Assembly: GCA_964016885.1 (NCBI GenBank) | Contig: OZ024740.1 | Location: 358,980,001 to 359,044,000, forward strand | Source of the DNA: Eledone cirrhosa | Lineage: Eukaryota | Reading direction: 5' to 3' | DNA length: 64,000 bases | Shown here: in pieces, positions 51,854 to 64,000 of the stretch | How the letters are laid out: every line of letters starts with the position of its first letter | How positions within the stretch are numbered: position 1 is the first letter of the stretch | The notes under the pieces: model-generated | The model's input: the letters and a program-made list of their open reading frames with translations, nothing else | Told to the model about the DNA's origin: nothing | Databases searched by the model: none | Translations under genes and position numbers: made by a program

Positions 51854-52200
51854 TAGAGGACATATTTAGTTGGTTCAGGTTTATTTAAATCCGTTATATA
51901 TATTTCGCTGAGGACTATGCGTTATGATGGCCTGAGTTCTTCAGACGGTAAAACCTATAAAACAATGTAATACGAAACCTTTAAGTTTGGCCAAATTTCT
52001 TAGGATCATACATTGGCCGGCCGTCGAAGAACGAACAACATACACCCGGTCGGTCCTCTGTATCAAGAAAAGAAAATTTCTCGAAGAAGTTATTGGAATT
52101 TTTCCAAATTTAAAGGCTATCATAACTGATAGTCCTCAGCGAAATATATATAACGGACTTAAATAAATCTGAACCAACTGAATATGGCCTCAGCTCTTTT
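51847..52200. mobile_element. Short PLE-terminus element with about 87-bp terminal inverted repeats
   Basis: 51847-51933 matches the reverse complement of 52114-52200; starts at a (TA)n tract. Confidence 0.8.
51891..51948 (-). ncRNA. Type I hammerhead ribozyme motif
   Basis: Minus strand: ccgt-CTGAAGA-actcaggccatcataacgcatagtcctcagc-GAAA-t-atat-a-TA-acgg. Stem III is palindromic, and stem I can extend via ggttt/aaacc across an internal loop. Confidence 0.7.
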
Positions 52201-52212
52201 ACTAATATATAA

Positions 52213-52398
52213 TTGTTTCTATTTTAGGCACAAGGCCAGCAATTACCCAGTACATTACTGGTACTTTATTTTATCGACCCCGTAAGGATGAAAGACAAAG
52301 TTAACCTCGGCGGGATTTGAATTCAGATCATAAAGGGACGTAACTCTATGCTTCAAAGCATGGTGTCCGACCCTCTACCAATACTGCCAATCCACCGC
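52213..52398 (-). mobile_element. tRNA-derived SINE
   Basis: Full-length family match, flanked by a duplicated ctaatatataat. Confidence 0.9.
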
Positions 52399-52540
52399 TA
52401 ATATATAATGCTCCGACTTGCCCCCTTTATACAGGTCGTTTAACGCTTCATTTTATCTGCTTCACAACCGAGAGAACATAATGCGATACACACATCCTTG
52501 TTCGGTTAACCCCATACTATAAATAAATATATATACATAT

Positions 52541-52850
<310 letters not shown>

Positions 52851-53165
52851 CGTGTGTGTGCGTGTGTAGCTTAAGAATTACTTCACAACATATAAGGTCC
52901 AGTGTTGAACTTTCACATATATGGCCATACTCATATTTATCTTAAAGACAGGGGGATTTCCAGTTTCATTTAGTTACTGGACGAAATGCGTTTTGGTATT
53001 TAGTTACAGCTCTTTTCTTTCTTGGTTCTAATGCTGCAGGGCTTAATAAAATGTATGCCAGTCATATACTATGGTGTATTTAATCGACTACCCTTAGCGA
53101 AATGTGTGCCCTTCTGTATATGTTACAAATTATCATATATGTTTGTTTTTGTTTTATTTTTTCAG

Positions 53166-53237
53166 ACAGCTTCAGGAAAATCGACTCCGCAGTATTAACG
53201 AGAATATCTTTCTCAACTTACCCCGTATCAGACATTT
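53166..53237 (+). CDS. Internal exon encoding one leucine-rich repeat (probably the same gene as 15720-15791)
   Basis: tttttcag acceptor and gtaagt donor, 72 bp, phase 2/2. Translates as (L)QLQENRLRSINENIFLNLPRIRH(L). Confidence 0.9.
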
Positions 53238-53947
53238 GTAAGTTAATCAGCAAATTATTTATTGCTTTTACTTGGCTTTCATTTTCTTAGGTTGTCACGT
53301 ATGACATATACGTGAAATAGGATATAATCAACTGACTAATTTAAGAAGGATTAGGATGATTTGAAATTTGAAATGTAGTTTTTCCAATGCAAAAAAAAAG
53401 ACTATAAATAACTGAGAAAATCAGGTAAGTAAGCCTGAAGATAGAAGAAAGTAGACAGCGGTATCTTCATTTCTCGGATGCTGCGTGAGCGCTTTAACTA
53501 TTATGCTAAAAAGCCACTGGTCACTAGTTCTGTCTTTTCAGCAGATTTTAAATCATATAGTTAGACGGCTGAAAACGTGAATCATTGTAAAAATTTGAAA
53601 TGTTCCAACACAAAAGTGTATAATAATAATCGATCAATATATATAATAGTTGGGAAATCGAGTGAAGTGCACCCAAACAGACTTAATTTAAAAAATACGG
53701 AATTAGCATAGTGTTTATCGAACTCATCCAGAACCCGGGAGATGCGGGGGTTCAATTCCTTACAAGCGCTTCTGTCGTTTGCATTGGGATAGCTAAATTC
53801 AAATTTAAAATGGGATACTATTCAGAGATTTCAAAAGGATATTGAACACTATATATCTTATGGGTTGACTATCACAATAATGAAGGAGCAGAAAATAAAG
53901 AGTAAACTGAAAGATATGTGATTAGTGCAATATGTGAGCCAATATAA

Positions 53948-54146
53948 TGGTTTCTGATTTAGGCACAAAGCCAACAACTTGTGGGAGAAGGAAAAGTCGA
54001 TTATATCGACTCCAATGTGTTACTGGTACTTCATGTAATCAACCCCATAAGGATGAAAGGCAAAGTTAACCTCGGCGGGATTTGAACTTAGATCGTTAAG
54101 AAAGGTAACTCTGTCGCGCAACGCTCTACCGATTCTCCCAATCTGA
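53948..54146 (-). mobile_element. tRNA-derived SINE, older variant
   Basis: Core taaggatgaaaggcaaagttaacctcggcgggatttgaact. Confidence 0.8.
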
Positions 54147-55195
54147 CGATATAATGTAACATTATTTGGTTTGAGACGAAGGGAATTCTCCTCCGTCGGT
54201 TTCAACTATTAGTGTTCAAGTTGTTTTACAACAGAACAGCCAGATCATGAAAGTAAGGTGTAGGTGGCAGAGCATTTCGCACATATGTTTACCCTTAACG
54301 TAATTCTCATGGACATTCAGAGCGACACAATTTATGACAAGGCTAGGTATTGAATTACCGCTACAGTTCATCCGATGAGTATCGAAACTCCTGCCATTCA
54401 ATTTCACTCACAAGGTATTGGGTTGATCATACTCCCCAAGGTACCATACAGTACGATGTAACTAAAAAAATGATTGTGAAGCGAATTCCTCAACCGCTCG
54501 ATCAATCTGTGTCCACTAGTCGTGTCATTAGAAAACATGACATATTTGCCTTGAATGGGGTATGTGGCATTGCCTTAATTACCGAGGAACAGGAGATATA
54601 TTGAGATTATTGTAATCGACTAAACAGGTTCCCCAATAAAAAGAGAAAGATAATTTGCTGAAAGTTCATATTTATGCAATATTATTTGAATGTATGATTT
54701 GGATGAATATTTCTAATACAGAGAGTAACTGATGACCTTGTCATAGAAATATTGACCTATTACCGACAAAGCCTCACTCTCTGTAGTCAGCCGGAAGCTT
54801 TGAATCATTTATATTCAGGGGAATATAGTTTTTCAACGTGATATGTGTCATAATGCTGGCACCACATGCTGAAACATTATTTCAGTTAGAAGTCACATTA
54901 ATGTGCAATATGACTATGTTTATCACCACTCAACTAGCTATCTAAAATATTTTAATCCACAAGAGATTCAACAAAACAATGTATTCAGTCACTATAAAAT
55001 GACTGCTATGAAGATGTAACCACGTTGAGTAATGACATATCAGATCGTTGATAAATTATTTTTTTAATGCATTATATATAATCTGTGATTTTTATAAAGA
55101 AAGTAAAAGCATAATGCAAACAAGAAAAATAGAAAGGATGCACACACACATACACTTACACACACGCACACACATACACACACACACACACACAC

Positions 55196-56727
<1,532 letters not shown>

Positions 56728-59700
56728 TATACACACATATATATATATATATACAATGCAAATTATAAATTCGTGAGTGATGTCAAGAGCAAACAAAAAA
56801 GCAACGGTTAACATTGTTTTCAGTATTTAGTAGCGAAACATCTCTTACAAAGAATAAAATGCTATACATCCTTATACTTGACATTCGATTGTGGAGGTTG
56901 CGAAATGTGCATATACTTAGTGTGATATTACCCAATTACCGCAGCGCCACCTCTGTCTATTTTTGATAGAAGGATTTAGTTTCTTAATAAGGAAAGCCGC
57001 CTAGATCCTCACAGTTCTTAACCACGTTGATAGTGATCTAAATTTTCTGAATAGATGATCCCTTCGGATTGCACTTAATCTTCAAAATGTTTGAAGAAGT
57101 ACCATATTGTGGACAATAGGATCACCGTCATAGTCAATGAATGGAATATTGGAAATAGCATGTTTTCTGTTATCCATTCCATTAAACTCACTAAACGAGA
57201 TGCATGTGTAAACTCACCAAACATCTTGTACTAATACTAGATTTGTTCTATGCCTCCTAGCTTTCTGACTTTTTTACCTGACTAAGTGATATCTATGATG
57301 AAGCATTATTTTCCATCACACCTGTTCAGGAATCACTTCTTAAATCCAGAGTCATCCAATGTAAAGCATAAAGGAAGACCATGCTCCCGTCGTAGGGACT
57401 TGCTACCAAATCTTTCTTTTTTCCGCTCTTGTTAGTGATATTTCACATATATAGCCATGTCATAATATCGTCGAATGACCTGACTATATCTGAGAGTTGT
57501 TCAAAATATATTGTCTCTGATGACGAGAAATTGATCATCTTCGTGTTCGGTTTTTATATTGGGTGTATTTTTCTACGGGGCTTCAAATTAATTGGGAAAT
57601 GAGGCAGAGTTTCCATTTATCTCAAGGCGCACCTTTCCAAAGCCTTTCGGCGGCATACCCACATACTCTTTCAAATATATAGTAGATTAAGGAATTATGA
57701 CTTTTATGCCACATGATCCTTAAGACGAATGCTTTGAAGTTTATTATAAAATCTTTTTGGAACTTATTCACACCTGCACTATAGAGATGCGTTCATGTGT
57801 TTGAGAGGAACACGGATGACTAGATTGAGGAAGTCTTCGATTCCAACCCACTATTAGGAGGATGTATCAGCCTCTATTAGAACAGGAGGATAGTATTTTG
57901 TAGCATTGCGTTAGTGCGATTGTTATACAGGACTCTAACATGTATGTCGGTGTTTGTTTTATAAACATTCATTGTATTGTCGGCAGAAATGTGGATACTT
58001 TAGGACTGTTTGAAGTGCGTAGTACATTTGTAGATATACATATTTATATACATATGAAATCTTGTTGTTTAGAGTTCATTTCTATATAAAGTAAATATAT
58101 ATAAAGTAAATTAATGTATTGAGTGCTTTATTTAACTTTCTTTTTTTTCCGATCCCCTTCGGAAAACTAGCCTTATACATTTAATGACACTATTTCTATT
58201 GCTCTCACAAAAAGTGGACAATGCAAACAGGTGTTTTTCCAATCTGCATCTATGCTGTCACGAAGCAAATTACTTCCCCTCTCATCCCTGCAAGTGTTTA
58301 CTGATTGTAGCAATAAGAAGTGAGCAGATGGCTTTGATAAAGAACATAACAATAAACTTACCTGACAAACATGATTAAGAGTAAGTAGATACCACAGAAT
58401 GAAATAATTGTTTTACAATTAATCTTTGTAAACAGTACCAATATTGTAAATCTCGACTATAAATATCGAAGCAGCCTGTCAGCTTCCTATATTTGAAAAT
58501 ATTTTACTCTACTTAGTACTTTCAACAACAAAGATAAATGCCAGTCCAATTGATTGCAGCTCATTTATTTTGAGATGTTTAATCTAAGTGTATTAACATT
58601 GCAGAAAATAAGAGATGCTATTTGTTTATAATTCTTCTTATATTATTTATTTCGTCAAGTACCGCTTTCATATTCTCAATTATCTTGATCTATTTTAATT
58701 AGTGTCAGATTTAATGTTAAAGGGAAAGCACGTTTTAAGGGCATCTGGTGTTACTTCTAAGATTTCGAAGATTTTTCCACATTTTCATTTCCAGTAGATA
58801 ATTACTATTCCTTTTTTTAGCCAAATTAGTAAATTCTAATTTTCCTGCACCATCATGTCTTACTGTTTCACTGAATGTATCTCGTGCTTATAGTACTGTA
58901 TCCCCTTGAATCAATTGCTTTTTTCAGCTTCGAAAGTAATGCTTCTAGATCATAAATTTGAATACAGTGTAATCTTAATATCATCATTTATTCTTCAGTT
59001 AAAATTTCAATTTCTTTGATTATCGGTCCTTTTAAACCCCCTCTTTCTATATATATTCGACATTCCTATTGTCTCAACCACGCACTATCTTCTTTAACCA
59101 CTTCGTCAAATCGAGTCCAAAGAATGTTACATATGTAAAGATAAATTATTGGGAGAAGATTGCAGATTGGCCCGAGAGAAATATAAACTTGAACAGAGAA
59201 ATATAAATGGCGAAGTTATTAGAGCAGTAAATGTTAATCTATTATTGTAATAACTAGCCATACAATTTTAGATACATAATACTTATTATTCTTATCACTA
59301 TCCATGGTTTCATGTTTGTAAGGCATCGATCACTGGATCACTGGATTTATGATAAAAGTGACACGAGTGGTTAACACGAGGCAAAGGAACATTTGAGAGC
59401 CTGTATCGTAAATTAGTAGTTTTCTCTTTGATATTAATATTATTCACTGATATACGTCGTTTAGTTGTCCATAAAATCTGATGATGACCAATTTATTTTT
59501 CCTTCTTTGATCCTATGATATATTTACATCCTTGATCTCACTAGGTGTATAACTTCTGTCGCAGACGTGATAGGTATTTATTTGGTTGGAACACCCATGT
59601 GTATATTTTTTATGCAAGTAGTGCTGCCTGTGTATCTCGTTTATATTTATACACAGGACATCAGTCATCTCAGAAGAAATCTCTATCAGCATCAAAGTGC

Positions 59701-59836
59701 TTGAACAGATCAAATTATACTGCTATTCTGGCTCAGGCATCACAAAGAAACATCACTACGGAAAGGTGATGGCAACATTCAGTCGACTGAATGTGATGTT
59801 TAAGTAATATTGTCAAATATCATTTAATGACAGAGT

Positions 59837-60020
59837 GGCGGTGGATTGGCAGTATCGGTAGAGGGTTTGACGCCATGCTTTCCAGCATAGTTACGTCCCT
59901 TTACGATCTGAGTTCAAATCCCGCCGAGGTTGACTTTGCCTTTCATCCTTACGGGGTCGATAAAATAAAGTACCAGTAATGCACTGGGTAATTGCTGGCC
60001 TTGTGCCTAAAGTAGAAACA
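59837..60020 (+). mobile_element. Young tRNA-derived SINE with perfect 18-bp TSD
   Basis: A box tggcagtatcgg and B box gagttcaaatcc; TSD atcatttaatgacagagt at 59819-59836 and 60021-60038. Confidence 0.93.
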
Positions 60021-63000
60021 ATCATTTAATGACAGAGTCCCAAATAAATCCGTTCTAGTAAGAACTGGATACAGTTCAACTTGTTCTACCCGAAAACCAG
60101 GTGACTCGGGTAGCAAGGGCATTTGAACTTACTCTCTAGATAATCAACATCCTAAAAACAACTAGTATGTGTAAATTGAAACAGGCAACAGAAACAACAG
60201 GCGGCCACTATTCTGGTTCAAAATATCATGAAACGAAAAGTAAAACAGATGGAGTTAGATAAAACAAAAAAGGCGAAAGAAGATTGCTGAAGATTATAGA
60301 CAAAGGTGAGCACTTCTGCGATCCCAAACAGAAAACATTGAGTAGTGTGAATTCACCGGATTGAATTGCTATGAGACTCATTTATTTCTTATCAAGTTTC
60401 CATGATGGTTTTAACCATAAACAAATTAGTCCTCGATATTTTCAAACCCCGTTCAATGGCAACACTGACATTTGAAGAGTTATTTTTTTCCTTCAAAATA
60501 GCTGGTCTTTAAACATCTCTGGTCATCCAGTCAGGCGTGCCATGGTGTATGTAGCCATAGATAACTTCCCCATGGTGTGTCGAGGGACATGCTATAAATG
60601 GACACATTTTCGAGTGATCTCAGCTGATGTCTATATAGTGCAAATTCAATACTGCTGGTGTTGGGTTAACGGAGGATATATGAATGCATACATTTATCTC
60701 ACCATGTGACCCAAGTAACTGAAAAGACTTTCTGGATATATCTAATTTTAAATGGTTTCGGTGTCATAATGTTTTTCATGGTCCATTGGTCGAACCCATA
60801 ATGTAAAATAGAAACGCAGGTAATTAAGTATGTCAATGTGGACGATGTGACAAGCGTCGATCTAACACTGACCACTTGCTAAATAGACTGAGCAATGCGA
60901 ATAGTTTCAAAACTACCTGGCTAGGAAACTGATTTCTTTACCACAGTAAGGGTATCGTCTATATAGTCCAATTTAATTTTGGGATAGTTATTAATCTCCA
61001 GGTGTTCATGTAAGATTATCATTCCTATGGTAGTCATGTATGCTGTGACGTTTGTATAATTAAGTAATAAACATTATAGTCATTATTTCATTCATATTTT
61101 ATTTCGCTGGTTTCCTAATTCTTTACCGGTAACCGTAAGAATGTATTTCTGATTTCTTTATAATGTCATCTGTTTTATTTTAAACCTTTAGGCTAGTTGA
61201 AGATACCGAGCAAGTATTTGTCAAATCATTTATAGCCAAGAGCACAGAAAATGGACAAATATAAAAATATATTATTAAACATGCCCGTAGTTCTCCAGCC
61301 CTCCTCTTCCTTTATTCGTTCTGTTTCCTTTTTTGTTTTAGTTTGACTCTTCTTAAATATTCACAGCAGATTTTAGTGGTTTAAGATGCATACATTCTCC
61401 CTTCAGTTTATACAAGGGGCACCAATTATTTAATAGACTGGGTTTTCGTGATTTCCATAATATCATATTGAAATGTGATTGCTATGCTTATACAGACCGA
61501 GTCGTGGCTCAGGTTAGAGTTGCGGCTGAATCATGTGTCACTATACCACCGTCATTGATAGTTATGTGAAGAACAAAACTTAAGCTACATTGTAAGATTG
61601 AAATTCTTTCTAAAACTTCATACTGTGTAGTTGACACAAACTATTAACAGCCTCACATAGTGCTATACTTAACTTTTCATTTTAATCGCACACACATTAA
61701 TTCGTTATAACCCTTATTTTAACTAATTAATATACTTCTTAATTGTTTGGTCTTCAGGAAGACACTATATGAATGTATTTACCAGAACAGCAGAAAGGTT
61801 CGGAAGGAGTGGAGTATTGAATCATCAGGTTTTCCAATCAAATTCATGAAAGGTACAAGACGACGTCTGAAACGTAGTGTTAAAAACTCGCCGAAAATTA
61901 AGCTTTTGCTAGCAAATAAAAAAATAAGCATCTCTTTCAATGATTCATCAACTTCATTATTTTTTCAAATAATTTTCTCAAGATTCACCCAATACAGACT
62001 TCATATATGTTAAAGTTCATCAGTTGTATCTAAATAGTTTGGATTGCCATTGCATAATACCTGTCATAATTAGAAGACGTTATTTGGAAATGTACTTTTA
62101 ATGTATTTTAAATATAAATTATGTTAGCACAGTTACTTCTCACTAACCATCTTGTTGTGGCGAGATGAATAATTTTTAATGGGCCTTCACCATAGTTGAT
62201 TAATTACTATATGTTCATTAAAGAGTCGTTTTGCAATGTACCTTTGTTGAACCTGATATATGTGTCTATTGAGATATAATTAACTTTAGATAATTCTTCA
62301 ACATTTTATGAGAATCAAAGTTAGATTTAATTATCTCGTAGCGAAAATTCTTCACATTAGAAATATTTGTTCATGTTTAACCCTTCTATTATTGTATTTT
62401 AGTCAAATACACTGCCTATTTGTTTCAATAAATTCTATAAATAACCAAAATGCGAGGGAATTCAATGAAATACTAGTAAGCTGATATTTAGAACATAATA
62501 ATATAATTATGATGGGATGTTGTAATATAGGAAAAACAATTTTATAAATGAGTATACATTTCAAAATATCGAGATTTCCTTTTTTAAAAAAAGTTAGCTT
62601 GGGCTGACATCGGTGATTCTTGAGCATAATAAAGCCCTAGGTTTATAAAAGTGCACTGTATATTCAAAAATCGCCTAGCCTTCCGCCACGTTACTAACTG
62701 CTGCAAACAATTTTCAGTTTAATATCAGAGAACCACTATGCGGTCGTTCATCATGCCAGAAATAACAGCTAGATATCCCATAATTTACAGCTTATTATCT
62801 TTATATATATTTAAATTTTACTGATTAAACAAAAATTTTATGAATATAAATTTCTAAATAAATTTGAAAAGTAGTGGGTTTGAGCAATGATAATATTTTA
62901 TGCGGCCCAAATTAAGGAAAGTCGTCTTCAGATATAGCGTAATCTGATATTTGTAGCCCAATCTGGCAGCCATGGGTATCATCTGCTTAGTAAAACGAGT

Positions 63001-63741
63001 CGTTTATGTACAGAGAAAAAGAGAGAGTATGCAGATCAAATGCAATTCCATCAGCCTATGTCACAATAATGAAATCTAACAATTAGACTTCGCCACAAGA
63101 GACGAAAAATAGATTGAACATGTTTGCCCATTGAGTTTATACGTTCATCTAGAGGTTGATGTATAGTAGAGTTTATCCCACAAAGACATAAGGATGCTAT
63201 CTGAGTCCAAGTTCTGACTGAAGGATTAAATTTTAATGGTTTTATTGATATCTTTGAATTCCACATGGTTTCAGAAACATCTGTAATTATATAAATCAGT
63301 TTGTATTACTTCGATCTGGATCGGGATATTTTTTGTTTATATGATTACGTGACTCAATATCGATTCTCTGTCAAACCCGTTTCACTTAATTTAATAATGC
63401 TTTAGAAGATAGAGGAATATTAACATCTTTCTCCAATTCTCAGTGAGTGTGTGTGTGTTTTTATTTGTTTGGTAGGGGTGCTATAAATTTAAGTTAGTGC
63501 ACCTATATCAGAAATCAATTTACTTGTAGAATGATCACGTGAGAAAATGTTTCTATCATGCTGAAGAATCAGCTCCTAACAATGATTGCCTGTTAAGAAA
63601 ATCTTACAACAGATTCCATAGATCTGCGGTTTGTAGTGGGTCGAGCATAGAAATATAGGAATTTATCAACAAGGTGGGAAGCAATTGAAAATAAATCAGT
63701 TTTTAGCCACAAAAGGCTTAGTGAAAAGTAACTCTGTAAAA

Positions 63742-63820
63742 AGGCGATTCATTAAAATGTCTTTTAGACATGTCCTCTTAAAGAGGCGATTCATTAAATG
63801 TCTTTTAGAGATGTCCTCTT
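63742..63820. repeat. About 40-bp tandem duplication
   Basis: aggcgattcattaaa(a)tgtcttttagaSatgtcctctt occurs twice. Confidence 0.85.
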
Positions 63821-64000
63821 TTATTTGCAACAAGTTTTATAAAATAAATTTTCCTGTTATGTACTTAGATGAAACAGTTGAGTAAATTTAAAAAGAAATG
63901 TTTCTATACGTTGGATAAGAAAGAAAAGAGCAGCTCGTATAAATGCAGCTAGAGAACCTAAATTGTCGAATTTGTGAAATTAAACATTAACAATTTACAG

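Noticed and set aside
53700-53770. tRNA-like A/B boxes
   Set aside because: No convincing cloverleaf; likely a decayed SINE head.
56900-58000. Possible Helitron Rep remnants (FPKPF, HGLP-like peptides)
   Set aside because: Too short and interrupted to support by eye.

Overview
AT-rich, microsatellite-dense eukaryotic DNA, not prokaryotic. The tRNA-derived SINE and the CR1-type 3' tail resemble octopus/cephalopod repeats, but this host assignment is an inference. The only host coding sequence I can support is two 72-bp, phase-2 leucine-rich-repeat exons on the + strand (15720-15791 and 53166-53237). They splice in frame across a 37.4-kb interval, so the window is probably mostly intron of an LRR receptor-like gene. 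The rest is retroelement-rich: a 15-kb stack of two R4/Dong-type and two Tx1/L1-type LINEs, a near-intact RTE LINE, several Penelope-like elements (Naiad-type and Neptune/Nematis-like), tRNA-SINEs and non-autonomous Helitrons. The most interesting unexplained layer is a set of small fold-back (palindromic) elements sitting in (TA)n tracts. They are linked to type-I hammerhead ribozyme motifs (five with both catalytic boxes intact), share a short terminal motif across unrelated families, have arms that co-vary between copies, and have inversion junctions that repeatedly fall inside the ribozyme. All structures were read by eye; nothing was computed or searched.
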